From contig CAZZMB010000004.1 of NCBI GenBank assembly GCA_964655225.1, positions 14,508 to 78,507 on the forward strand: 64,000 nucleotides of DNA, in the 5' to 3' direction. Below are positions 1 to 9,268 of the stretch, one piece after another (the stretch's first letter is position 1; each line of letters starts with the position of its first letter). The stretch is from an uncultured Chitinophagales bacterium. Lineage in GTDB: Bacteria; Bacteroidota; Bacteroidia; Chitinophagales; UBA8649. The notes under the pieces were generated by a model that saw nothing but the letters and a program-made list of their open reading frames with translations, was not told where the DNA came from and ran no database searches. The position numbers and the translations under genes are program-made.

Positions 1-2
1 AG

Positions 3-593
3 TTTCAGCATCAATCTGATACTGATGCCATATCCGCAAAAAAACCTGTATCAGGTACTATCCCAAGAGGATACTTGCCAGATAATGAAGAAGTAAGAAC
101 TAATGATGGTAAACTAATGGCATATTTATTTAAAAATTATTTCAAAAACCCTGCAGGTGACCCGTCTGTTGATGATGCTGCTCAACGTTTAATGGCTGGG
201 AATATGCTGAGTAATCCCATTGAAAAAACGGATGAGGTATTGGCTGAAGGTAAAGTGAAATATGATATCTATTGTGCGGTTTGTCATGGTAAAAAAGGTT
301 TAGGGGATGGTTCTATTGTTGAAATTGTTGATGCTGATGGAAACAAAACTGGCGAGGATGGTCCTTATACGTCTATACCGCCTGCATATGAAACTAGGTT
401 ACCTGGCTTGAGTGATGGAGAAATGTTTTACTCTATAACTTATGGCAAGAATTATATGGGGGGATATTTTACTCAGCTAAGCACTGAGGATAGATGGAAA
501 GTTCTATTATATATAAAGGATTTAGCAGGGATTAAAGAAGATGCTGTTGCTATGGTTGAAGGAAAAGGTTCTATTGAAGAAGATGCGCAATAA
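3..593 (+). CDS. actE: Alternative complex III monoheme cytochrome c subunit (ActE-like), 5' end cut by the window edge
   Basis: The frame is open from nt 3 (FQHQSDTDAISAKKPVSGTIPRGYLP...), so the TTG at 75 is not the real start. It has a single CAVCH heme c motif and lies directly upstream of the ActF-like gene and the cox genes. Confidence 0.75.
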   Translation, partial: FQHQSDTDAISAKKPVSGTIPRGYLPDNEEVRTNDGKLMAYLFKNYFKNPAGDPSVDDAAQRLMAGNMLSNPIEKTDEVLAEGKVKYDIYCAVCHGKKGLGDGSIVEIVDADGNKTGEDGPYTSIPPAYETRLPGLSDGEMFYSITYGKNYMGGYFTQLSTEDRWKVLLYIKDLAGIKEDAVAMVEGKGSIEEDAQ

Positions 594-646
594 TCAGATA
601 AAAGGATTTAACAGTTTATAAAAGGCTAGAAGGAAAAATTAAAGTT

Positions 647-2128
647 ATGTCAAATACATTTACATTCGGAGGCAACTTAAAGAAATGGGTCTTAGGACTT
701 ACCGTTGTTGGTTTGGTTCTAGGAGTTGTCCTTGGCTTCTTTTTTGATGATACGAGCCATCATAGTCGTTTGTGGGCCAACTTACTCTTAAACACTTACT
801 ATTTTGCAGGAATAGCTGTTACTGGCGTTTTCTTTATCACGGCTCATCAATTAGGATATGGTGGATGGCATACGGTATTTAAAAGAATACCAATAGCAAT
901 GGGAAGGTTCTTATATGTAGCTTTTTTCTTGTTCTTAATCATTGTGGCAGGCTTGTGGCTATCTCCTGAAGGTCTATACAGTCACTGGGCAGACCCTCAC
1001 CATAGAGATTCTATTGTGTTAGGGAAAGCACCTTTCCTAACAAGAAAAGCTTTTGCATTAGGTGTAATTATTTTCTTTGGATTGTGGGCCTTGTTTACTT
1101 GGTTATTATCTAAGAAGTTTATCTCAATAAAAAATTGGAAAGAGTATTCTAGTGCGAAGAAAATTTCAGCAGGTTTCTTACTCGTTTTTGGAGTAAGTAG
1201 TTCTATTCTCAGTTGGTGGGTTATTATGTCACTAGATCCACATTGGTACAGTACTTTATTTGGCTGGTACAACTTAGCCTCCTATTTCTGTGCAGGCTTT
1301 GCCATGATGATTTTACTGATGATTGGCTTTAAACGAATGGGGCATTTACCTAATGTAACAGAAGATCACATTCATGATGTTGCAAAACTAATGTTTGGTT
1401 TTAGTATTTTTTGGACTTATTTAATGTTCTCACAATTCATGTTGATTTGGTATGCGAATATTCCAGAAGCAACGATTTGGTTTACTAAGCGATTTGATAT
1501 TCCAATGTTCAAGGCAATTTTCTTTATTGCATTGGCAATTAATTTCTTCTTGCCGGTCTTGGCAATTTTGAAAAGAGATGCAAAACGTAACTTTTTAACT
1601 GTAGGTACAATTTCAGTTTTGTTGATTTTCGGTCATTATCTAGACTTTTACCATATGGTTATGGTTGAGCCAATGGGAATTCCTCATGGAAATCACGCTG
1701 CTACAGAGCATGATAGTCATGCTAACTTGTCTGCAGACAATGTGCTTTATGCAGAAGTCGACGCAGGGCATGAGGGCGATGTTAATGGACATGCCGAAGA
1801 AATACATGATGACCTTCACGCAGAAGATGAGCATATGCATATAGATGAAACGGGACACGCTGATGAACACGCAGTGGTCTCTGATTCTCATGCAGATGAA
1901 GATCACGGAGAAGAAGCACATGCTGCAGCAGGTCATGTGAATGTCGAGCACGGACATGGAGAAGAACTCACATATGCTAAGCTCGGCTTAGTTGAGTTAT
2001 TTTTCTTTTTAGGATTTTTAGGATTGTTTTTATTTATGACTTTCACAGGATTAGACGGTGAGGACCTTGAATCAGGGGACGATCCATTTCTTGAAGAAAG
2101 TAAGAATCATCATGTAAAATATAGTTAA
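647..2128 (+). CDS. actF: Alternative complex III polytopic membrane subunit (ActF-like) carrying a His/Asp/Glu-rich insertion
   Basis: 493 aa with many TM helices. Its position between ActE and cox subunit II matches the Flavobacterium ACIII-cox order. Residues ~346-440 are a low-complexity His-rich acidic segment followed by a final TM helix. Confidence 0.7.
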   Translation: MSNTFTFGGNLKKWVLGLTVVGLVLGVVLGFFFDDTSHHSRLWANLLLNTYYFAGIAVTGVFFITAHQLGYGGWHTVFKRIPIAMGRFLYVAFFLFLIIVAGLWLSPEGLYSHWADPHHRDSIVLGKAPFLTRKAFALGVIIFFGLWALFTWLLSKKFISIKNWKEYSSAKKISAGFLLVFGVSSSILSWWVIMSLDPHWYSTLFGWYNLASYFCAGFAMMILLMIGFKRMGHLPNVTEDHIHDVAKLMFGFSIFWTYLMFSQFMLIWYANIPEATIWFTKRFDIPMFKAIFFIALAINFFLPVLAILKRDAKRNFLTVGTISVLLIFGHYLDFYHMVMVEPMGIPHGNHAATEHDSHANLSADNVLYAEVDAGHEGDVNGHAEEIHDDLHAEDEHMHIDETGHADEHAVVSDSHADEDHGEEAHAAAGHVNVEHGHGEELTYAKLGLVELFFFLGFLGLFLFMTFTGLDGEDLESGDDPFLEESKNHHVKYS

Positions 2129-2130
2129 AG

Positions 2131-3267
2131 ATGGGCACAACATTATTAGCCGTAATTACGGTAATTTTATTTTTTACGATCATTTTCTTGGTGGCGAAAG
2201 CCAATGAGATGTCTTCCCTTGGTAAGGATGCGGACGAGCATATGGAGGATACGAGTAATCTTCAAGGAAAACTCCTTTTTGCGTTTTTAATTTTTGGAAT
2301 GGCTGCTGTGGCGTATAGTTTTTTTGAGCTAGGTCCAAGAATGCTACCCATGTCAGCAAGTGAGCATGGTGATTTGATTGATAGTATGTTTAATATCACA
2401 AACGTTGTAGCTATGTTTGTGTTTGTATTGACTCATATCATTTTATTGACTTTTGCTTATTTGTATCGATACAAAAGAAACAGAAAAGCATATTTCTTCC
2501 CGCATGATAGTAGGTTAGAGCTTATATGGACCATCATTCCTGCTATTGTTCTTACTTTTTTAGTATTCAGAGGAATTAAGGCGTGGAATGAAATCTTTGA
2601 TTTTGAAAAGCTAGAAAATACTACAGAAGTTTTGCGCTTCGAAGCAACAGCCAAACAGTTCGGTTGGATCTTAAGATATCCGGGAAAAGATGGTGAGTTT
2701 GGAGAGCGAATAATAGATCAAGAGCATGTTTCTCAAATCAATGAATTAGGAATTAACTGGGAAGACCCCAACAGTAAGGATGATTTCATGGCCAATGAAT
2801 TGGTTTTGATTAAAGGTAAACTTACTCTTGCTAAGCTTGGAGCCCAAGATGTATTGCACGGATTTTATTTGCCACATTTTAGGGTGAAAATGGATTGTTT
2901 ACCAGGGCTACCTACTCAATTTATGTTTACTCCGAAGTATACCACAGAGGAGTATAGAGAAATCTTAAGTCATAAAAAGTACTGGCAAAAAATTGATCCT
3001 GAAACAGGGAATCCTAAATGGCAAGATTTCCAATTTGAGCTTGCTTGCACAGAACTTTGCGGGAAGTCTCACTTTGCTATGCAGCGAGTGGTTCGTGTGG
3101 TTACACAGGAAGAATATGATGCTTGGGTCAATGAAAGCAAGTCTTATTATTATACGGTAATCAATCCGGATGCAGCTCCTGTGGAAGAAGAGCTTATTGA
3201 AGAAGTAATGCCATTCAAGGAAGAAATAGATAGTGCTGCATTAAGTATTGTAGCCAGAGTTAGATAA
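2131..3267 (+). CDS. coxB: Cytochrome c oxidase subunit II (aa3-type, no fused cytochrome c domain)
   Basis: CuA site H..(HGFYLPHF) and CTELCGKSHFAM (C-x-E-x-C-G-x-x-H-x-x-M). N-terminal TM helices are present and there is no CxxCH motif. Confidence 0.9.
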   Translation: MGTTLLAVITVILFFTIIFLVAKANEMSSLGKDADEHMEDTSNLQGKLLFAFLIFGMAAVAYSFFELGPRMLPMSASEHGDLIDSMFNITNVVAMFVFVLTHIILLTFAYLYRYKRNRKAYFFPHDSRLELIWTIIPAIVLTFLVFRGIKAWNEIFDFEKLENTTEVLRFEATAKQFGWILRYPGKDGEFGERIIDQEHVSQINELGINWEDPNSKDDFMANELVLIKGKLTLAKLGAQDVLHGFYLPHFRVKMDCLPGLPTQFMFTPKYTTEEYREILSHKKYWQKIDPETGNPKWQDFQFELACTELCGKSHFAMQRVVRVVTQEEYDAWVNESKSYYYTVINPDAAPVEEELIEEVMPFKEEIDSAALSIVARVR

Positions 3268-3303
3268 TTTAATTTTAACACAAAAGCATAAAAAATAAAT
3301 TTC

Positions 3304-5103
3304 ATGAGCGAAGTAACAGCAAATCACGATTCAGCTCATGCCGCAGACGGGCATGACGATCATCATGAACAAAGTTGGTTAACAACTTATATTTTTAGTC
3401 AAGACCACAAAATGATTGGAAAACAGTTTTTAATGACTGGTATTTTCTGGGCGTTTGTTGGTGGTCTACTGTCCTTATTTTTCCGTATGCAGTTAGCGTG
3501 GCCCAATGAGACTTTTCCTATTTTGGAAACACTGCTTGGTTCATGGGCTGAGGGCGGTAAATTAAGTAACGATTTTTACTACGCCTTGGTAACAATGCAC
3601 GGGACTATCTTAGTTTTTTTCGTATTAACCGCTGGCTTGAGTGGGACCTTTAGTAATTTCTTGATTCCCTTGCAAATCGGTGCAAGAGATATGGCGTCTC
3701 CTTTTATGAATATGCTTTCATATTGGTTCTTTTTTGCTGCAAGTGCGGTATTATTTATATCATTCTTTGTTCAAACCGGGCCTGCTTCTGGAGGTTGGAC
3801 AGCCTACCCACCGTTAAATGGTATCCGAGACATTGCTTTGAATAAGGGCTCCGGATTAGGATTCGATTTATGGATTACTAGTATGACACTCTTTATTGTG
3901 GGAAGTACATTAGGTAGTTTGAATTATGTTTCTACGGTTATTAATATGCGTACAAAGGGTATGAGCTTTACAAAAATGCCATTATTAACATGGGCATTAA
4001 CATTTACAGCAATACTGGGCATTTTGGCCTTTCCTGCATTACTAGCTGCTGCAGGATTATTGGAGTTTGATAGACTTTTAGGAACAAGTTTCTTCCTGAA
4101 CAACATCGTTATTAATGGAGATCTGCAGGCTTACAAAGGAGGAAGCCCCTTGATCTACCAACACTTATTTTGGTTCTTAGGGCACCCCGAAGTTTATATT
4201 ATTATATTCCCTGCATTTGGTATTGTTTCGGAAGTTTTATCTGTGCACTCCAAGAAACCAGTTTTTGGCTATCGAGCAATGATACTCTCCTTGGGATCAA
4301 TTTTAGTAATTGGCTTTTTCGTTTGGGCACACCACATGTTTGTAACAGGAATGAGCCCAGCTATCGGTAAAGTATTCGTAATATTCACTTTGTTAATTGC
4401 AATCCCATCTGCCGTCAAAGTGTTTAATTGGATAACCACTCTTTGGAGAGGAAATATCCGTTTTACTGTACCCATGATGTTTGCAATAGGTTTCGTCTCT
4501 TTATTTATCTCTGGGGGCATTACAGGTTTACACCTAGGTAACTCAACAGTAGATATTCAATTGCATGATTCTTATTTTGTGGTAGGTCACTTCCATATTG
4601 TAATGGGTGTAGCTGCATTCTTTGGAATGTGGGCTGGTGTTTATCAGTGGTTTCCAAAAATGTTCGGACGATTTATGAATGAAACTATGGGTTACATTCA
4701 TTTCTGGGGTTCATTGATTGGTGGCTATATGGTTTTCTTCCCAATGCACTTCATGGCAGGTGTTCCAAGAAGGTACTATGCTTTTGATCAGTTTCAATCT
4801 TTTAACAACTTTCAAGATGTGAATGTTTTTATAACCTTGGCTGCATTTCTAGTAATGTCATCCAACATTGTGTTTTTAATAAACTTCTTCTATAGTATTC
4901 TTAAAGGAAGAGAAATGACGGAAGACAATTTAAACCCTTGGGGTGCAAATACACTTGAATGGACAACCCCAGTTAATCCTGGTCACGGAAATTGGCCTGG
5001 AGATTTACCAGTGGTTTATAGATGGCCTTATGATTATAGTACAAATGGCAACGAAGTTAATCCTCAAAATAAGCCTTTAGAAGAAGGTGAACACGAACAC
5101 TAA
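3304..5103 (+). CDS. coxA: Cytochrome c oxidase subunit I
   Basis: 599 aa, 12+ TM. It has heme-copper oxidase signatures (WFFGHPEVYI-like LFWFLGHPEVYIIIFP, HHMF, GHFHIV). Both the N- and C-termini are His-rich. Confidence 0.95.
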   Translation: MSEVTANHDSAHAADGHDDHHEQSWLTTYIFSQDHKMIGKQFLMTGIFWAFVGGLLSLFFRMQLAWPNETFPILETLLGSWAEGGKLSNDFYYALVTMHGTILVFFVLTAGLSGTFSNFLIPLQIGARDMASPFMNMLSYWFFFAASAVLFISFFVQTGPASGGWTAYPPLNGIRDIALNKGSGLGFDLWITSMTLFIVGSTLGSLNYVSTVINMRTKGMSFTKMPLLTWALTFTAILGILAFPALLAAAGLLEFDRLLGTSFFLNNIVINGDLQAYKGGSPLIYQHLFWFLGHPEVYIIIFPAFGIVSEVLSVHSKKPVFGYRAMILSLGSILVIGFFVWAHHMFVTGMSPAIGKVFVIFTLLIAIPSAVKVFNWITTLWRGNIRFTVPMMFAIGFVSLFISGGITGLHLGNSTVDIQLHDSYFVVGHFHIVMGVAAFFGMWAGVYQWFPKMFGRFMNETMGYIHFWGSLIGGYMVFFPMHFMAGVPRRYYAFDQFQSFNNFQDVNVFITLAAFLVMSSNIVFLINFFYSILKGREMTEDNLNPWGANTLEWTTPVNPGHGNWPGDLPVVYRWPYDYSTNGNEVNPQNKPLEEGEHEH

Positions 5104-5108
5104 AGATT

Positions 5109-6011
5109 ATGATTAGAAGGGAAAGAAGCATATCAATTTCATTTAAAAGCATTCTAGCTGCAAAGCTTGGTGATTTAGCTCAACTGTATAAAGTTCGATT
5201 AGGTTCTTTAGTTGTGTTCTCATCATTGATTGGTTACTTGTTGTTAGCTCCAGCATTCGATTTTTTTGCATTACTCATGTTATCAATCGGTGGATTTCTA
5301 GTTACTGGGGCATCCAATGCCTTCAATCAAATTTTTGAAAAGGATATAGATAGCTTAATGGATAGAACCAAAAACAGACCGATTCCTGCAGGAAGGATGA
5401 CTGCTGTTGAGGGAAGTCTATGGGCAGGTATTGCTGCATTAGCAGGTCTAGTGATTCTTACAATTTTTTTCAACCTAGCTACCGGATTATTGTCTGCTAT
5501 TTCCTTAATCATTTATGCATTTATTTATACTCCATTAAAACGGGTGCATCCCATAGCAGTATTCGTAGGAGCGATTCCTGGTGCCCTACCTCCAATGATT
5601 GGCGCAGTTGCAGCAACGGGATTTGTTGGTGACATTGCAATCTGTTTGTTTGCGCTGCAATTTATTTGGCAGTTTCCACATTTTTGGGCGATTGCTTGGT
5701 ACTCTTATGATGATTACAAAAAAGCAGATATTATGTTATTGCCATCGAAAGGAGGCAAAAATAAGAATAGTGCTCTAAATATATTAATTTACACCGCAAC
5801 CTTGATTCCCATTACTATTGTTTTATACCTACTGGGGTATTATCAATTTTTAGGTCTGGTGGTTTTACTGTTAGCAGCTGTTGCTTTTTTAATACCGGCT
5901 ATTCAGTTATATCGCGATATATCAGATACCAATGCTAGGAAAGTTATGTTTGCTTCCTTCATGTATCTGCCTGTCGCACTCATTGGACTTCTATTTGATA
6001 GTATCTTATAA
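5109..6011 (+). CDS. ctaB: Protoheme IX farnesyltransferase (heme O synthase)
   Basis: UbiA-family polytopic protein with NAFNQIFEKDIDSLMDRTKNRP (NxxxD..D..M.RT..RP motif), located within the cox cluster. Confidence 0.9.
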   Translation: MIRRERSISISFKSILAAKLGDLAQLYKVRLGSLVVFSSLIGYLLLAPAFDFFALLMLSIGGFLVTGASNAFNQIFEKDIDSLMDRTKNRPIPAGRMTAVEGSLWAGIAALAGLVILTIFFNLATGLLSAISLIIYAFIYTPLKRVHPIAVFVGAIPGALPPMIGAVAATGFVGDIAICLFALQFIWQFPHFWAIAWYSYDDYKKADIMLLPSKGGKNKNSALNILIYTATLIPITIVLYLLGYYQFLGLVVLLLAAVAFLIPAIQLYRDISDTNARKVMFASFMYLPVALIGLLFDSIL

Positions 6012-6014
6012 ATT

Positions 6015-6638
6015 ATGCAAGTGATGAATAATTCAAATCAAAAAAACGTAATTAGTCTCGAGAATAGGCACATAGCTCATCGGCTGATTTTATATATTTC
6101 TATGGCCTCAATTACAATGTTTTTCGCAGTAACAACAAGCGCTGTGTTGGTTAAGAAAGCTGATGTATTGAATTGGGCTCAATTTCCTTTGCCCGATATA
6201 TTTTTTATAAGTACAATTATAGCTGTTGCATCTAGTCTTGCTTTTTATTTTTCTTATAGGCTATACCAGCAAAAGAAATTCATGGCTTTCAGATGGATGC
6301 TTGCATTAAGTGGGTTGATAAGTCTTGGCTTTTTGATTAGTCAATTGTTAGGCTTCGAAGCTTTAAAGGATATGGGCTTACCCATTACTGGAAACGTGGC
6401 AGGATCTTTTATTTATTTTTTAGCGATAGTACATGGATTACACATCATAGGCGGACTTACTGTGCTTCTTATCATGCTAGTCAAAGCTATTCTTGCGCGA
6501 AAAAATATACAGTTTGAAGGAAGTGGAGTAATCAATAAAAAACGATTATTTTCAATGGAAATTTTAACATCTTATTGGCATTTTGTAAATGTGCTATGGG
6601 TTTATTTATTTTTGTTTTTTTACTTTAATTATCAATAA
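6015..6638 (+). CDS. Heme-copper oxidase subunit III family protein (first of two)
   Basis: 207 aa, multi-TM, with HGLHIIGG and YWHFVNVLWVYLF motifs typical of subunit III. Confidence 0.7.
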   Translation: MQVMNNSNQKNVISLENRHIAHRLILYISMASITMFFAVTTSAVLVKKADVLNWAQFPLPDIFFISTIIAVASSLAFYFSYRLYQQKKFMAFRWMLALSGLISLGFLISQLLGFEALKDMGLPITGNVAGSFIYFLAIVHGLHIIGGLTVLLIMLVKAILARKNIQFEGSGVINKKRLFSMEILTSYWHFVNVLWVYLFLFFYFNYQ

Positions 6639-6644
6639 TTAATT

Positions 6645-7331
6645 ATGTCGTCAGGATCTATAAATGAATATGAAGTACACGAATGGGAGAGTCTAAAAGG
6701 TCCGTTTAATGCTAGTTACGGTAAAGTAATGATGTGGTATTTCTTAATATCAGATACATTCGTGTTTGGGGCATTCTTGGTGGCATATGCTGCAGCTAGA
6801 ACTTCTAATGCGGAATCATGGCCAATGGCAAGTGAAGTGTTTAGTACCGTTCCTGGTTTGTCTGGCAATCATTATCCATTGGTATTTGTTTCTTTCATGA
6901 CCTTCGTGCTGATTATAAGTTCAGTAACTATGGTTAGAGCGGTACAAGAAGGTTTTATGGGTAATCGAAATGGAGTGATAAAGTACTTAATTCCAACCAT
7001 AGCAATGGGGCTTTTATTTCTAGGTTGCCAGTATTTAGAGTGGTCTCATCTAATCCATGAAGGAATGACGATGTGGCATACGCCGTTTAGTGCTTTGGGG
7101 CATGGACATGAAGGACCTCAACAATTTGGAATGTTCTTTTTTACGATTACTGGTTTTCACGGTATGCACGTAATCACTGGTGTTTTATTGAATATTTGGT
7201 TATTGGTTGAAACTGCAAAAGGCAGATTTGATAAATTAGGTAACTACAGTATGGTTGAAAAGATAGGCCTTTTCTGGCACTTTGTAGATTTGGTTTGGGT
7301 ATATGTTTTCTTGGGATATTACCTGCTGTAA
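6645..7331 (+). CDS. Cytochrome c oxidase subunit III
   Basis: 228 aa with FFTITGFHGMHVITG and FWHFVDLVWVYVF motifs. Confidence 0.8.
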   Translation: MSSGSINEYEVHEWESLKGPFNASYGKVMMWYFLISDTFVFGAFLVAYAAARTSNAESWPMASEVFSTVPGLSGNHYPLVFVSFMTFVLIISSVTMVRAVQEGFMGNRNGVIKYLIPTIAMGLLFLGCQYLEWSHLIHEGMTMWHTPFSALGHGHEGPQQFGMFFFTITGFHGMHVITGVLLNIWLLVETAKGRFDKLGNYSMVEKIGLFWHFVDLVWVYVFLGYYLL

Positions 7332-7361
7332 TTATTATTGATAAGAGAAAAATTTAGTATA

Positions 7362-7706
7362 ATGGCACACATGACGCAACAAGAATATGAGCAAAATAAA
7401 AAAGACGTTTACAAAACGACAGGGATACTCTCTGTAGTTACGGTCGTAGAAGTTTTAGGCTCTATAGTATATGAAAATATGGTCGAAGATTTAAGATGGC
7501 CGCTCATGGTATTTGTTACTTTAGCTAGTGTAATTAAGGCTTATTGGATTATGAATGTGTTTATGCACGTTGGACATGAGAAAAAAGGATTTATGTTTAC
7601 TATTCTTTTTCCATTTATATTTTTAGTTTGGGCTATCATTGCCTTTTCGTTCGATGGAGCTGCTTGGCTTTCAATGCGAAATGCAATCAATGGCATATTT
7701 TTTTAA
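7362..7706 (+). CDS. Cytochrome c oxidase subunit IV-like small membrane protein
   Basis: ~114 aa, 3 TM, located after the subunit III genes. I prefer the ATG at 7362 (MAHMTQQEY) over the TTG at 7338 given by the ORF track. Confidence 0.55.
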   Translation: MAHMTQQEYEQNKKDVYKTTGILSVVTVVEVLGSIVYENMVEDLRWPLMVFVTLASVIKAYWIMNVFMHVGHEKKGFMFTILFPFIFLVWAIIAFSFDGAAWLSMRNAINGIFF

Positions 7707-7709
7707 TTC

Positions 7710-8417
7710 ATGACACAACGTACATCTAATAGCAACGGGAAACTAACGACATTATTCATTGTCCTGCTGCCGCTTTTACTTTTTGGATTATTTTATTTGT
7801 ATACCAAGCAAGCAAGAACAGACTTGAAAACAATGAAATATCCGCGTAAAATGTTTGCAATTGGCATCGATACAATTACAGAAGGAACATTTAAGCGTAT
7901 TGATACAGTTTATCATGAGATTCCTTCATTTACGCTGACAAATCAATATGGTCAGACGGTTTCGAAAGATCAGTTTCTAGATAAGATTCTGATTGCAGAT
8001 TTTTTCTTTACAAGTTGTCCAACTATATGTCCTACTATGAGTGAACAACTGGCAAGAGTCCAAGAGCAATTGATCCGAGATGATCGAGTAGTCATCGTTT
8101 CATACTCTATAGACCCGGTGCGCGACACACCAGAGAAATTAAAGGCATATGCAGAAGAATATAACGCTGTGCCGGGTAAATGGCAATTCTTAACTGGAGA
8201 TAAGAAAGAAATTTATAAGCTTGCTTTGGAAGGATACAAGATGTCAGCATTTGATGATGGTGGGGATGATGAACATGATGGATTTGTTCATACCGATCGA
8301 TTCGCATTAGTTGATCCTAACTGGAATATTAGAGGTTATTATAAAGGCACTTCAGAAAATGAAGTGAACATCATGCTGGGGGATGTGTTATTATTGTTAG
8401 AAGAATTTAAGAGGTAA
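7710..8417 (+). CDS. SCO1/SenC family copper chaperone (thioredoxin fold)
   Basis: N-terminal TM anchor, a FFFTSCPTICP CxxxC motif, and a downstream conserved His (GFVHTDRFALVD). Confidence 0.85.
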   Translation: MTQRTSNSNGKLTTLFIVLLPLLLFGLFYLYTKQARTDLKTMKYPRKMFAIGIDTITEGTFKRIDTVYHEIPSFTLTNQYGQTVSKDQFLDKILIADFFFTSCPTICPTMSEQLARVQEQLIRDDRVVIVSYSIDPVRDTPEKLKAYAEEYNAVPGKWQFLTGDKKEIYKLALEGYKMSAFDDGGDDEHDGFVHTDRFALVDPNWNIRGYYKGTSENEVNIMLGDVLLLLEEFKR

Positions 8418-8957
8418 ATGGCAATTAAACTAGAAGAAAAGAGTGCAAAACAAATAATAGTTGCCCTATCTGTAGTTGTCGCTCTATTAGTAGGTGTATT
8501 GAACTGGGGTATAGATAAACGCATGGTAACAGGGCTTGATCTTAGTTTTTTCCCAAAGTTTCACGCTTTACTAAATAGTATAGTTGCTTTTCTACTGGTT
8601 GTGGGCTTGGTATTTATTAAAAAGGGGCAGAAGTCCTTGCATCAAAGGTCAATGTTTTTGTCATTTGTCGTTTCTGCAGTCTTTCTCTTATCATATGTAC
8701 TTTATCATACGCTGGCAGAACCAACAACGTATGGAGGAGTTGGTGGATTGAAGTATTCTTATTATTTCATTTTAATCACGCATATCATCTTAGCTGCTGT
8801 AATCATGCCATTCATACTTATGACCTTTTACTATGCGTGGAGTGAGAAATGGGAGAAACACAAATCCTTAGCTAAAAAGATTTGGCCATTTTGGTTTTAT
8901 GTAGCAGTAACCGGTGTTGTAATTTATTTTATGATCGCCCCTTATTATAGTTATTAA
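8418..8957 (+). CDS. DUF420 family membrane protein (CtaM-like oxidase assembly factor)
   Basis: 179 aa, ~4-5 TM. Its start abuts the SCO1 stop. DUF420 recognition is from sequence pattern and context. Confidence 0.65.
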   Translation: MAIKLEEKSAKQIIVALSVVVALLVGVLNWGIDKRMVTGLDLSFFPKFHALLNSIVAFLLVVGLVFIKKGQKSLHQRSMFLSFVVSAVFLLSYVLYHTLAEPTTYGGVGGLKYSYYFILITHIILAAVIMPFILMTFYYAWSEKWEKHKSLAKKIWPFWFYVAVTGVVIYFMIAPYYSY

Positions 8958-8966
8958 CGCATTGAA

Positions 8967-9197
8967 ATGAAAAAAGTATTATCCATATTAGTTTTTAATC
9001 TTGTATCACTGAAGCTAGCTATTGCCCAATGTGCTATGTGTAAAGCTAGTGCTGAAACTAGTCTCGAATCAGGAGCAAGTGACGCCGCTGGTATTAACAC
9101 GGGCGTATTGTATGTCTTAGCAATCACTTTCGGTATGTTAGGTTTTATGGGCTATCTCCTGTATAAAGGCAACAAGGCTACTCGTTCAGTCGATTAA
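8967..9197 (+). CDS. Small exported membrane-anchored protein with a CxxC motif, hypothetical
   Basis: 76 aa. Signal peptide MKKVLSILVFNLVSLKLAIAQ, then CAMCK, a ~25-aa Ser/Ala-rich linker, one TM (GVLYVLAITFGMLGFMGYLLY) and a basic tail. It starts 10 nt after the DUF420 gene. Confidence 0.55.
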   Translation: MKKVLSILVFNLVSLKLAIAQCAMCKASAETSLESGASDAAGINTGVLYVLAITFGMLGFMGYLLYKGNKATRSVD

Positions 9198-9268
9198 AAT
9201 GTAGGGTGATAAGGCAAACTATTTGATTTCTTATTTTTCTTAATATTCATCATTACGAAAATTTCCAT

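Noticed and set aside
6015-7331. Two adjacent subunit III-like oxidase genes as a possible duplication or pseudogene pair.
   Set aside because: Both are intact and have different lengths and sequences. This split arrangement appears to be the normal Bacteroidota cox cluster layout, not a recent duplication.
7338-7361. TTG/GTG-extended N-termini suggested by the ORF track: 7338, 12756, 16494, 33714, 34385, 39619, 46000 and 49418.
   Set aside because: In each case an in-frame ATG a few codons downstream gives an N-terminus matching the family pattern or a proper signal peptide. It also removes overlaps with the upstream gene or with a promoter box.
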